This document shows positions 24,730 through 38,730 of a stretch of DNA of 64,000 nt, piece after piece (the first letter of the stretch is position 1; the number at the start of each line of letters is the position of its first letter). Below the pieces are notes generated by a model. The model was not told the DNA's origin and made no database searches. It saw only the letters and a program-made list of their open reading frames with translations. Made by a program: the position numbers and the translations under genes. Source of the DNA: Vicugna vicugna (taxonomy: Eukaryota); NCBI GenBank assembly GCA_013265495.1, contig MU058065.1:10209720-10273719 (forward strand), in the 5' to 3' direction.

Positions 24730-26239
24730 TTTTTTAAAGAGAAGACATAAAAAATAATTTATTGTTATTTATCTATTTCAGAAACTACTAATTTTAAAAA
24801 TCAGTGGTGAATATTAATTTCTTTATTAATGGCTTTTTTACCCACATGTATTGACTCCCTTTTCCACCATATTTTCTTTAAAAATATTTTTTCTTTTATT
24901 ACTCTGAGTCTATGACTGTTTAATACTTTTTTATGTTTTCTTATTTTTCTGAAATTTATTGTGATGAGTCATCTTTAACTAGTCCTGAAATCTTTTTTAA
25001 TATATTCTCCCAATTTCTGATATTTCTGTGTCCTTTGCTGTTTTGCTTTTGTCATTGGATTATTTGAAATTGATATTTTCACACCCGGTAACCATATGTG
25101 ATAAAACAATAATTTTTCATGTAAAACAGGATATTTTTAATTAAGCCCTCTTTCATAAAAAAGCAGTAATTTTAAGAACTTGCAGTTTTAAGAACACAAG
25201 TATTGTCTTCTTAATTGGTTTATACTTGACTTTATGAATATACTTGCTCTTAATTATACTTTTTGTTTATGAAATAGGAGATTTTGACTGAGTCTAGGCC
25301 TATAGGAAACACCTTTCTATTCGCCTAAGATATATATATTGAAATATTATGGGGATTGACATATTATTAGGAAGGACTTGGGCTAATGTATATGTTTTAC
25401 ATATAAGCAAAAGTTCTCGTAGGGGGAATTAATGAAATTGTTGGCCAGTTGAGTTAGTTTCAGAGTTATCAAAGCATGTTGAATGGATGGAATTGCCTCT
25501 ATCAGAGTCAGGTGCCAGGAAAAGGTCAGAGAACTGCTGGAACAGAATTCAACACGAGAACAGGAGGGATGCCTTCTCCACACTGACAGGGGTCGGAATG
25601 GAACTGCCGTTCCAGGTCGGCAGGCCCCTTGAGACTCAAACTTCTCATGACCCCAGCTTCCTGACTTTGCAGGAGTATGCCTTTGGGGAATGACGTGTTG
25701 TAATACCATTGTCAATTTTAACGATATGGAGAGAAGTATCACTCCTTGTTCATGAAGAGCTGCTACATCTCCATTCAGGCATCAGTTCCAGGAGTGACGG
25801 TAGTGGCTAAATGAGAGGCACAGGCTGAGTGACCGAAGGTTGGTCCTCAAGAGTCCACCGGGTAGTATCACTGTACTGTGTTCCCACCAGTAGCAAGGGA
25901 CAGGGTCGTCTCTTAGAAAACACCAGGGTTTTTTGTTTGTTTTATTTTGGCTTCATAACTCTAGGTCTTCTCTGCTAGTAGTAATGGTAGCGTAACCCCA
26001 GGTTCAGGAACTGTTAGCAGCTGGGGCAGAGGTGGTAAGTTTCTCCAACTCTCACTGACTAGGCTAGAATAACCAGGAATGCTCTTCAGATACACGTACA
26101 ATTTCTTTAGAGTGCTTTTTTCCTGTTTCTTTTCCTTCCTTCCTATCTACTTTCCTTTTGGTTCCTGATTTTTCTTTGCCCATTTTTTTTTTAATCCTCA
26201 TAGAGGCAGGCTAAATTAGCTTGCGATATTTTCATAAAT

Positions 26240-28050
26240 TTTTGAACTTTTGATATATATATTTGATTCCTCAATTATATAGCATTACTTCACGTTTGAA
26301 AGTTTAAATCATGTCCTAACCATTTACTAAACCTCTATCAACTAACTTGTTTTAGTCAACATTGTGTTTTTATACATTTCTCAGTGTTGAGATATTCATA
26401 CATAGTTTGTCCATTTTAACTGCCATATTACATGATTTTAATAAACTTTTTTTGGTCAATTTTCTTACTGAGAAAAGTTGAGTGATTTTTTTTCACTATT
26501 AAAAGCAATCTTGCCATGAACTTTTTTGTACGTATTTCCGTATACCCAGTGTCAGAGAGTTTCTCCAAGGTAGATATATATGGGCGTGAAACTGCTTTGC
26601 CAAGGATAAGGGAGTTTTCAAATTCCTTGGTATTGCTGAATTGCTTTTTAAAGTAATCTCAATAATTTAGTCTCCCATGTTTTAAATATTATTAGACTGT
26701 AAACACTTTTCCAATTTCAGATGTCATATTGTTTTAATTAGCAGAGCTAGTGATGTGTTCTAGTATTCATTGGCCACTCAGTTTTCTTTTCCAGCTTATC
26801 TGTTCATATTCTTTGTGCTTTCTTTTTTTTTTTTTTTTAAATCAGGTTTTGGCCTCTTACAATAACATTATAGACACATATAAGTGAAAAATCAGGGCTT
26901 GTCCTTCTCTGACGGTAGGTCACAAGAGGTGTCTTTAGCTTTTCACCTTAGTTTCTTGAAACATACATAACTCTTCAAGCCCTGAGCTTTCATGCAAGAA
27001 TTTGCAGAACCCTAAGACTGCCAGACTGGAGACACCATATAGAGAGACTGCACGAAGAAGCCTTAAAATTATATCAACAAAGATGCCCATGAAACATAGA
27101 CTAAAACGAGTCATTCCCATCAAGTATTGTCCATAGTGTAAATTAGCATGCAAAATGAATTATTTGGTTGCTTTAAGCCATTTGTTTTGAGGTGGTTTGC
27201 TAAATGACAATGTATAAATGAAACTGCCTATCATCTACTTACTTATCTGTCTAACATCCATGTCACTACCTACCTTTCTACAGAAAATTACATACACGTC
27301 TACTGCTCTATACATTAATTTTTATTATTTATATGAATGCAGATTTCTTCTACAGTGTATCACTTTTCACATTAATTTTTATTTTTTCAAGCCTCACATA
27401 ATGTTTTCATTTAAGACAAATTTGTTATTTTCTTTTTTTTGATTTTTATGATTTTTGCTTTTATGTTTTTTTAAAAATACATTTTTCCTTACTCTACTGA
27501 TATAAAGATATTTATATTCTCTTGTAGAAATTTTTATCTTTATTATTTTATTTTTTCTCTTTAGTCATTAAAACCTATGAAAATTATTTTTGTGTATGGT
27601 GTGACACAGGGATCTAAGCTAATCTTTTTGAATATGGATAACTAATTTTCCCAGTATATTCATTGATTGATCCACATTTCTTCCATGATTTATATTGTTA
27701 CCTTTTCTATTGCTTGTTACCTTTTATCTGAAACCATTTCTGGGTTCCTTATTTTATTTTATCGGCTGCCAAAACGACAGTGTTGTAAATGTCTTGAGCA
27801 TTCTGTTAATAGAATCCTTATTTTTGATAGCTATCTTCTCAGTTAGTTCTTGGTTCTGTTAGTTATCTTCCTATATTTTTTCATTCTTGACCACTTAAGC
27901 TCTTTCTCTTGCACTATGAAACTGGAAAGTTAGTCAACATCTGTGGGGAAAAAAAACTGTTCACATTTTTATTAGAATTCCATTATAATTATACTGATGG
28001 AGATGAATTACATAAGATGCATTTCCCAATCTATGAAGATTTTCTTGTCT
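26240..28050 (-). mobile_element. Old L1ME-like fragments (antisense), interrupted by an MLT1 LTR
   Basis: T-rich antisense L1 motifs: gttgagatattcatacatag...gtttctccaaggtagatata...tttttgtgtatggtgtgacacagggatctaa...tttcccag. Confidence 0.6.
26870..27225 (+). mobile_element. MLT1-type MaLR LTR
   Basis: 3' end ttggttgctttaagccatttgttttgaggtggtttgctaaatgacaatgtataaatgaaac matches the MLT1 terminus. Confidence 0.65.
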
Positions 28051-29454
28051 ATATGGATCTTCACAACAGGGATTTTTGAAAATCAAGGTTAAGGGAAGAT
28101 TTTACTCCCAAATATGATTGGAAGGATTAACCAAATATCACCTAACACATTGCCTGTTTTTCTGCCACTCAACAGATTTAGTTCCTTTTTCTATCTCAGT
28201 TATAGTTTGCAATGTCTTCACAAACTAAGATACTCTTTGTAAAGTAATAATGATCACAAAATTGTTAATGATAACCTTAAATAAATGTGATAAACAATCA
28301 GAATCAGATCTCAGATTTTACATTAAAATACATATGGTTCTGAAAACTTAAGACCAGACTAGTTCAAACTATTGCACAGGCAAGCTTTTTGAGGCTTGAG
28401 GGGACTAATTTTTAAGAAGTCCACATCAGATCACGCTTATAGAGTTCTTGCCAGAATTTTCTGCCATAAAATTCTGTGGGTTTAAAGTCTGAGCTAATGT
28501 AAAAATCCCAGAGAAGTTGTTCATCTTTCTGTTTTCAAAACACTCTCTATCAATATATTTACAAAAATAGATACAATTTTAAAACCCACTATAATGAATA
28601 TTATAAACCTGTAGTAATTCATCTGCTTTAAGTGCATCAAGCTCTTCACTTCTGCCCAAGATATTTTCTTTAGCCCTTTTCTCATTTTCTCTGTATCTTT
28701 TTTTTTTTTTGAGAAAAAGGAGAAAGAGTAATATTCTTACATAAAATTTGCAAACACATTTTCCAGACATACCCCAATCTGCAGATTCTTTTATTACACT
28801 AAATCTTTATTAATTAACTGATTATTACTGACATACAAAATCCTAAATAAGATTAAATACTTTTTTGCCATTTACTTTTCATTCTTAAATTCTCTCCTCT
28901 TTCTTACATTCCTTGCCACTACCTTTTTTTCTTTTTCTCTTTAAACTGTGCTTTCTACCCCAAATTCATTCTCTCTCTCTTCAGATATACACAGAGAAAA
29001 ATATGCAAGAATGACATAAATCCTGATTGTAGTTATGTGGGATTTACAGGGAAAACAAATCAAGCTTGTCTTTTCTACAGATGAGCTCACACTCTTCCGT
29101 TTTCCCCGTTGGAAATAAAAGAAAAAGTCAGGGAAGAAAGCCAAATCAGAACCTTTATTCCAATGCCAATAATTTATTTCCAATGTATCTGCCTTTCCAA
29201 AGAATCTCTTCCTCCAAACGTCTCACCATTGCATTCTACTCAGAAAATAAAACAAAACACACAGAACTAGAAACTCAAGAGGAAAGAACAAAGCTAGGTC
29301 ATTCAAACCTTTGACAAATGGCTATCAAAATATTGTATTTTGCTTTAAGTTCACTGTTCTGACTCTTTTTATTGCAAATAAATGTAGGGTAGGAACCATG
29401 CTACTCTCTGCTGTAAAAACCATATATAAACTGTGTAGAAATCCTCAATAACTT

Positions 29455-29960
29455 CTTATTGAATTTAGAATTTAATCCAAACTCCTTCCTAAGAATTGCA
29501 AGACCCCTAAGATGAAACAGGACATTTCCTGTAACCTTTCCACCAACTCTCTCCATGACCGACACAAAGGCCCCTTTGTATGCTTGAACACACTTTGCCC
29601 TGTTCCTGCCTCAAGAACACTTGCTGTCACTTCTGTCTAGAGCACAGTACACCCAGCACCCCTGGATCTTCACAAGACTGGCTCCCCACATCAGCCCCTT
29701 AAAAGTCCTCCTCATCTAGATGTTCACTCCCATCTGGACACTGTTCACATTACCTTTCTATTTTCTTCATAATGTTTATCTCTACATGAAATAATCTATT
29801 TAATTTTTTACTTGCTGTTTCTGTCAAACCTAATGGAATTTAAGTTCCATGACACCAGGATACTTGTTACGTTTTGTTCTCTTTACTCACAACACCTGGG
29901 TGACTTCTTTCACTGTATAGGTTCTTGATAAATAGTTTTAGATGTATGATAATGAATACC
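29455..29960 (+). mobile_element. L2 LINE 3' region
   Basis: tagaatttaatccaaactcctt...ttcctgcctcaagaacacttgc...aagttccatgacaccagga...ttgataaatagttttagatgtatga. Confidence 0.75.
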
Positions 29961-32900
29961 TCCCTTAATACAAAGGCAGTATTTTTAAAACACACTATTG
30001 ATAAAAAATACTAACAAATTAAATTTCTCATAGCTAAGTTACCTACTCTTCCCTTATACATGGGTTTACCTTAATAATCTGTTTCTTCCTGAAATGATTT
30101 GTCTACTGTATCAAAATTTTGGTAAAAAGGAATAAATATATTAATACTATTTTTACTGAGTAGGATTATGATGCAACTTTTAAAATAATTTTCCAGTGCA
30201 TCTATTAATAAGATTTATAAAGGAAAAACTTAGCATTATAACAATAATCAAAAGATAACCTAAGAGAAGAGGAAGAAAAGGAAAGCTAGAGAATGTGGCA
30301 ATATGAATTGATGGTTGGTGGGATAATAAGAAATCTTGTTCTGCATAGTTTAACCAATGGACTTTTAGTTCAGCTCTTGGTATATTCCTCAAATGCCACT
30401 TTCGCCCTCAATGCCATATTCTCAAGTTGGTATTTTTCTAAGGCTTGACTCACAGGTCAGTAGGTCAATGTTCCCTGGTGCCATCTTGGTATCAAAGGAT
30501 TTTCCTTCTTCCTCTTCCCTATGGAAACTTAAGGCCTTTTAAGGTAAAAATCAGTTAATGTGATGAACGATTCCATACTAGCATGCCAATATAAGATGCT
30601 TAAAGCAAAGTATCTTGTTCCAGGGTCCTTCCACTTGGATTCACATTTTAAAAAGTTACACTCAGCAGGCTGTGTACTTTTTAACTTACCAATAGAAGAA
30701 TGTCTCTAATGACAGGAATATAAAGACAGCTAGAAGGGAGAATTGTTTGTTCTTTGTCTTATCCTAGTAGAACTGGAAATTAGGGTATGCAGAGGCTCAC
30801 AGGGCCTCATGTCTTCCTTTTAGATGATCCACTATAGGCTGTTCATTCATTTGTTTATCCAATAATTTCCTATCACTAATATTCCTAGTCTTTCTGGGTG
30901 CTGTGTAAGAGAAGGATAAAGTCTCTAAACCTGGGCAAAATCACTCTTTACTTTAAGGACAAAATCATACAAATCTACAAACATTACAAATGTTTAGAAC
31001 ATTTCTTGATTCTTTTTCTCACTTATATTTGGCTTTCCATTAATCATAGTTCAGTTGCCACAATAATCTTAAATTTCTGTTACATTCTTTCAAAAGGGTG
31101 AATCTAAACAAATAATATTAGCTCAACTATAGCTGATTTTAGTAAGAATATCAAGTTCTTCCAGATTTTCAAAGAATGTTGGCTATAATCTAAGTCCCCT
31201 AACCGATCAACAACTTTGGTATGATCTGATTTCTTGAAAATACTGATATGCACAAGGAATCTTGAACATACTGCTTATGACTTTGTTTTGGGAATATGAC
31301 ACTAGGGAAATCGTGAATCAACCTCTATGGAGTCTAATGCTGATTTAAAGTTCTATTTTATCATTAAGAAAGAAAATTTCTAGTCTATTTTTTAATAATA
31401 TATACTGCAAACAAATTGGTTATATATTGGTTACATATATACATATAAATAGAAACATAAATGCCTAGTCAGAGTATTTCTACTCCCTGCAGACTCTTAA
31501 ATATGAGAAGATTTTGAAGACAGGGTTGAAAAATATCTTCTAAGAGTTCTGAGGCAGCTTGGTAGGAAACCCAGCAAAAAGAAAGGGCATAGTGAGTGTG
31601 GAAATGAACAAGCAAATTAGCCGGAAGAAGTAAGAGAGCAGGTAGATCAATGGCAAAGGACTTGACTGGGAGGAGCTGGGAGTGGGGGCAAGAGAAAAAA
31701 CTGATGTAGATCCTTAAAGATCAGCATGTGAATAAAAATTCATGTCATTTGTCCCCACTAGGGGAGGAAAAGGCCCATAACCCGAAACAGGTCATTTGGC
31801 TAACAGGACTCCAGAGAGAGCCCAAGTCAGCCTTCTGTGTGCCAAGCAGACAAAGCTAATTAAAAATATATCATTTAGTAACAAGTGGGCTTACGGCAGC
31901 AAATACAAAAGAAACCGAGTTATACATAATTGAATATATAGTTTTATCTCCCAGGCTGCTTCTTCCTAAAAAAGATTGATGTAGTTACATGCGAGACACA
32001 GTGAAAATACTAAATAGAAATCGGAATTAAAAATTGATGTCCCTGGTATATACAGAGGTTAACTTTTTCCCCTTATAACAAGGAAGAATGTCTGTGCATC
32101 TCAAACGCAGCCCAGCTTACTTTTCCCAGACAACTGCAACCTGACTGTTCCAAGGTGCTTGGTTTCCAGCTCATCGATCCTAATTATTTCCCTTCTCCAC
32201 TCAGGGTTAAATATACCTTAATGGATCTTAAATCTGCCTGACAAAGAGGCTGACTTAGAGACTCATCTTACCCATGACATGCAATTATTAATTAATGAGG
32301 GTCAGCTGCATAAGGGGATTGCAGCTGATACGTGTAATAAGGGAAAGCACTGGAGGCTGAATTACACCCTGTAGAACCGGAAAGAGTACATTTTATTAGA
32401 ATCATCAAAATTTCCTGTTTCCAAACTAATTAATTTAACTCTTTCTGTAGTTAAAACAAATTATATTTATGTCTTTCAGGTTACTGCAATTTCCTCCTCG
32501 CAAATAAAATGCCTGTGTCTTTTCATTAGGAGCAATAAGCTTCCTTCCTACGACAGTTAAATTCTGTTCTGGTATCACAGTTTGTCTGACTTTACTATTG
32601 GGTGGGGGTCAAGCAGAGTGTGTATTGTTATCTTTGAAGCTTTAGTCAGTGTTGGCAGCCTAGAGTGACCGAGAAGCTAACAGAGAGAAAGAAATCTCTA
32701 CGGGCTTCCCCAATCTTCTTTCCCAGCCAGAGAAAAATGCTTTGCAACAGAATGACAATTAACTTAAACCTGTTTTTTCCCTTTTGGGACACCCTCATCA
32801 CCTGAACATACTCTGGTTATCTAGTATTATCTGAGAATTTATTTGAGAATGTTCATCTCATGAGAGTATTCTTTTGAAGTTTGAGATCTTATTAAAGAAA

Positions 32901-33257
32901 AGGATGTCTGATGACCTTAGCTTCAACCAGCTGAACTCTATCACAGACCAGATGTGCAGAATCTCTTAGGGGAAAGATCTGTTTAAAAACCAAAACAAAC
33001 AAACAAAAACTCACAGTGTTTCAAGGTAACTATATTGACTTGTTTCCATTAGGGAGATCACAATTGTTGGAAAGCTTTCTTTAGTAAGAGTTTACAATGT
33101 AGTCCTTCTTGTCCAACCACTGGGCTAGCCAGATAAATTGATTAAGATTTTCATATTTGCTTTCCAGTTAGAGATAACTGGACTGGTGTGGACTTATTTC
33201 AGCCTCTCCTGAATTCTGTATTTGGGTTCCAGCCAACATAGGACTTGGAGCCTCCTT

Positions 33258-33294
33258 AGAGAGAGAGAGAGAGGGAAAGAGAAAGAGAGAGAGA
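33258..33294. repeat. (AG)n purine tract
   Basis: agagagagagagagggaaagagaaagagagagaga. Confidence 0.9.
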
Positions 33295-36027
33295 TTCATT
33301 GAATTTCACCTTATGCTTTTCCACTAAGTTATTTGTCCATTAAAATGCAAAATCGTGGAGGCCAGAGATTGCTTAATTTGCTTTGTATGACAGCTTCTTT
33401 CTATGCTGTGTATGATGGCATTTAAAGATCACTGGTTGATAATTTTGATAAGATAAAATAGAGTAGTCCATGTAAATTTCCTGCTCAAAGAACTTTATTC
33501 TTACAAGATAGAATAAACTTTAGTGTTCTTAGCGCAATTTAGCAGTTTTCTTTTGATTGGATAGTTATCTCTATTGGCTTCTAGAATTCACTCTTTCTTT
33601 AGTCTAACTATTTGAAAAATCTCATCTATGACAGATTTCTCCTATGACCTTTGGCCCATTACTCCTGTGTTTGTCTCTGCGGCCTACTCTACAGTTATTG
33701 TTTCTACTTGTTCACTCTATTGTTACTGTTTCCACTTGTCCATTCCAACAATCTACAGATTGAGGCCCTGTCCCTCAGGCAGAAAGAAGCATTTACCAGG
33801 ATTAAATTCTCCTTATTTTTCAAGCCAGCTACACACATAGGTCTTCCTTAGCCCTGTTCATTCATTCTCTCTTCTCCTATTTATCTTCCTTCTCAACAAG
33901 GGGAGCCGGATGTCTGATTTCTTAAAGATACATGGGTGTTATTTGAAATTAAGTGGGAGAATTATTCTGAATTTGGATTCTAAAATGTCACCTAACACCC
34001 TGAAATCAGTGTGTATAAGATTATGACAATAGTTACAAATTTGTGTGCTGGTTCTGAGTTCTATAATATGCATTTGTGAAGTACAATGTTTTTTGCTAAG
34101 CCCACATTTTATTCATAGCATATTGATAAGAACTCAAGCAGGATAATTTACACAAAAAGGTCTTCATTAGGAATGTAGACTATGAAAACTTAAGATCATT
34201 TTAGAAAAGTTTTATCTGCTTAATATTTAAAAGTCTGTGACTGCCAAATATCAGATACATGGGTTCTTCAAAGTGTCTTTCTTCGCCCTCTCTTTTCCCA
34301 AATGTCTTGATATCAAGAACCAAAGGTTCAAACAATCAGTTGATTCACCATGAATGTTTCAGGCTCTTTGGCTGTATCTTTCACACAAGTTAAGCTTATT
34401 TCAGTTCAGCTAATTAGAGTAAATGTCAGATGCAAACTAATTTTTTGGCCACCCTTCAAAATGGAATACGAAGTTGATATTTTCTTTGGAAAACTGGTTA
34501 TAGTTCTACAAGGCTGACTCCAAGTCTTAGAGGTGAATGAAATTCAACATGATTTTAACTTCTCTCTTTCCATCCCCTTCTCTGGTTTACTCTCATAACC
34601 TCTGAATTCAACCCATGAAACTCTTAAGCTAGTCTCTGGGTAGAAGAGAACTTTTTCTTGGAACACAGTCTTGGCATATCCAGGGCAGGCTGCATTGCCA
34701 TTCTAAGCATATCTTTAGTTACATCTCCACAAAGATGATCTATCAATTGAAGACCTATTTCCAGAAATTAACGTATCTAGTGCTAATATAAAACAAGAAG
34801 CCCTAATCTCGCTACTTTTTATTTTCAGATACTAAATAGAGCATTAAACTCTGGGGCAGGAATAAAAGGCAGCCCTTATTTTGACACCAGTGCTTTGGTT
34901 TTGGTTTGGAACTTGAGATGGGCTGGTTTCATAATCAGTTAACTCTCAGCATTCTTTCCTTTCCACATTTGTACATTATGAAATTGTATTTGTTTTCTCC
35001 CCAAATAAATGATACCATGTGTAAAGACTTGTTTTAAGGTAACACAGTGTTTTGCATATAGCAGGCATTTGAAAAACATTTAGCTTTATTGTTATCAACG
35101 AATAGCAACAGTGGTGTATGAATTTTCTCAGAAAACATATATCCTTTTTAATAGAGGTTTGTCCTATCCAACCATAAATGAAGAGCTTTGATGAATATTC
35201 CAGATATCCTGCAGATCTCTTGAAGCAATAACTTTAGACAGGGGAGTAACTGTGTATATGTCAGTTCACAGAATGGAGAGGTAACTATTTTCAAAACTAA
35301 ATGTATCAATAAATAAGACATTAAAATAAACTGGGATTTAACTTTAGGGTTATAATTACTTGCAAAAGGTAAAGAATTGCACATATATATCTGTATCATC
35401 ATGGACAGATTATTTGAATAATTAACTCTAACAATTACTTAATTCCTACAATGAGAGATTATATTATTCTCTATTCTTCTCTTAACTTTGCTTTTATACA
35501 CACCAGGCCTTTAGTCAATGAGCTTCTCAATATTATTGCCATTTCTGGGAAACATTTTTCACACTTATTGCTTAATTATTGCTGTCCTGATTGTGGTAGT
35601 TGTGAAGAAAGTACACAAGAGAGCAGGAGAAACTTACCGCCTTAATGTTAAGGGGCCTTCATAAAAATGCCTCTGTCTTTGCTCATGTTAATTAAATGTG
35701 TTGGTAGAATCAAATGAGGCAAAATGCTACAAATGATCTTCCTCAGCAGTTTTTTTCATTTTCTTTTCCTTTTTGCTCAAAAACAACAAAAACGTCTAGT
35801 TACTAGGCATATATTACTAAAGATTTTTAGATACTTTATCTGATACATGAATATTTTTAGTTATGGACCAATCAGTTTGAGCCACAGGATTCTTAGTTCT
35901 CCAAGTACTTAATATTGATCATATGTTGAGCATGACTACTGTTGCATTGTTGGTAACACAGTACCTTGTGCTTATATAACTCTTTGACTTAGTTTATCTT
36001 GTTGGTAAGGATTTCAATGGTTAACAG

Positions 36028-36130
36028 CATTCATTTACTCAAAAAAAATGTTTCTTGAGTTCCTACTATGTGCCTGGCACTTTTCTAGGCTCTGGAAATA
36101 AAATAGTGACAAAGCATAACAAGATAAGCA
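36028..36130 (-). mobile_element. L2 3' end fragment
   Basis: cattcatttactc...tttcttgagttcctactatgtgcctggcacttttctaggctctggaaata. Confidence 0.75.
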
Positions 36131-37089
36131 GAAGGAAAGCAAGAAAAGGAGGACAGTCAGAAAGAGGGAATGTAGTGAACTACCGTATATTCACTGGGAT
36201 GCTCTTCCTTAATATTGAATAGTTTTGCATAAACTAGATATTGACACTAACTCAAAAATATGACGTATTTCATATTTAAAAAGAATATGTTAAGCATAAC
36301 TTATTTCACATGCATGTCATTGAATTAACTAATTGTATAAAATGTGTAAGAAAGCAAATATCATCACTGTGGCACCTTGGTTTGGGAAAGGAATAAACAC
36401 ATTAGTGTATAACTAACTGCGCTTTGAATGGGAAATTGTAATAAATGTATAATCTTAGTAAATTATAAATTAAACAATGTGAGTTAAGCTGTTACAGAAA
36501 CCCGTACAAGCTGTTCCTAGCTTCATAATTCACTACTTTGGAATTGTGAACGGAATAACTGAATAGTACATATTGACTTAAAATCAAGGCCTTTTCTTTT
36601 TCTAAGTTGGATTTTAAGTAGAAGCTTAAAGATAATGAAAGATAAAAAGGAGTTTGCCAAAAACAAGAAATTTTTCAAAGCAATTATTTCTGAAGTAAGG
36701 ACTGTTCATGGTGCCAGAGCCCTTTCCCTGGGGATTCCTGTCACATCCCCCTCACAGCTGACCCCCAGATGTGCTCTCTTTCATGAAGTATCCCTTTACT
36801 CGATCTATAAATAACTCATTAGCTCGAGTTTTCCTCCTCTTCAACAACACATGCACACACATCTTTCTTCTGAAGCTGTCTATTCTAGAGTTTCACTTAA
36901 ATTGCTAATTGAAAACAGCTTCAACTCTGTTCCTTCAACACCATTTCTTTTTATAAGTATTTAAATCATCACATATAAAAGAGAGAGAGACATAGGACAG
37001 AGAGACGGAGACAGAGAAAGTGTGTGCAGTTAAAAGGAGAATTTTGAAGTGGGTACTTCTGAATTCATTCCAATATTATGCCGCTACCT

Positions 37090-37563
37090 TGACACCAGGT
37101 GATATCAGGATGGCCTCAAATGGCTTAACTGCAAGTTGTCCTTCCCCACTCTGCTCTCATGGAAAAGAATCTCTACGCCAATAATCCCAAACCGCTATCA
37201 GATGGATCAGGTGCAGTTCCCATTTATCTCTGAGTAGCTAGTTTCAGTTCCCTGCCAACTGGCAGAATTATGCAGACAAGCCAATCACACTCTCCCACAG
37301 GGATGGAGGCAGTCCACCCTTTCAATATTACAAAGCCTGCCTCCCAGAGCTCTGGCTTGTCACTTGGTTTCCAAGTGCAATCTCCCTGTCGCTCTGTATG
37401 GCAAGAGGTATCCTCCTTCCCTGGCCTGTGAGTCCATGTGACTAGAAAGCTGCTGCTGTCAAACTGATCTGTCCAGTGCTGGATGTCCTGTGTTCAGCTA
37501 ACACCATAAGCCTAGAGTGAGAATCTTTCCCTCGCCCACGGGGTGAACAGAAGGCAATGAACA
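37090..37563 (+). mobile_element. ERVL-type solo LTR (MER73/MER54-like)
   Basis: TG start (tgacaccaggtgatatcaggatggcctcaaatggc), CCAAT box (agccaatcac), ends ggggtgaacagaaggcaatgaaCA; subfamily tentative. Confidence 0.65.
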
Positions 37564-37599
37564 CCATTGTGCCATGATGTACATAAGAAATTTTAATAT

Positions 37600-38730
37600 A
37601 ATAAAACAGATGTCTCAGAAAATCCAGGCATGGATATTTGGAAACAATCCACTTAAAATCTCACATCACACAAAAATATATTAAGGGATTACATGAAAAA
37701 AAAAAAAAGACACACATAAAATTGGAAGAAAATAGTGACAAACGTGTTTAGATTCCTCAAGGAGAGGAAGACTTTTAGAGTGTAACTGAAGAAGAAATTT
37801 AAAAGATGAAATTAAAAAATTTCTATGTGTCGAAAAACATACAAAACAAAATAAGAATAAAAGCAGAGTGATAGAAGCAATAAAAGAGAAAAGATTTAAA
37901 TTTCTATACATCAGAAATCACAACAACTCAAAAAAATTTTGAACAGTTGAGAAATTTTGGGAAATTTGGAAAACATATAATAAGTATACATAAAGATAGC
38001 TCGTGAATTAATAAAAGAATGACAAATGCCACATAGATAAAACAGAAAATTGACGTGAGCGTTTGTCACAGGGGAAGAATTATAGTTAGTTTATAAATAT
38101 ATTACTTTTGTTTCATGAGTAATTAAGCATTTTGTCTAGCAGCAAGATTTTATTTTTCCTGTGTGATTAGCAAAGATTTTAAAAGTGAGTATATTCATTT
38201 ACTAGTGAGCCTATTGAGACAGCTTATCTCCTTGAAAGGGCATATATTGCTAAATCTTCACAGGAAGCAATTTATATATATTAAACTTACATATATTCAC
38301 ATCTTTTGATTTATTAATAAGAAACAAGAACAAAAATTGTACACAGAGATGGGTATCACAGTATAATTTATGACAGTTAAATAATGGAAAAAGTCTTATT
38401 TTCAACAAGGGACTATTTGAAACCATACTGAGATACATACTAATGATGGAAAACCACACAGCCATTAAAAATTATGTTTTGTGAATAATTTTGTAATGGA
38501 ATGATATGTTATGTTGTAAAAATAAATTAAAATGAAATTTTTATAAACATCAGATTTTAACTATGATGGTGAATTACATTCCTAGATTGAAAATAGTTAA
38601 GAAATTATCAAAATTCTAACAGTTGTTACCTCTAGGTGATATATCTGAGAAGCTTTTTATTACAATGAGTTGTTTACATATTGTAGTTTCTCCAGTGAAT
38701 GTGTTTTCTTCTTATTATGAAGAAAAATCA
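37600..38730 (+). mobile_element. Old L1ME-like ORF2-end/3' UTR remnant
   Basis: A-rich; aaatctcacatcacacaaaaat...ggaaaaccacacagccattaaaaatt...aacagttgttacctctagg. Confidence 0.65.
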
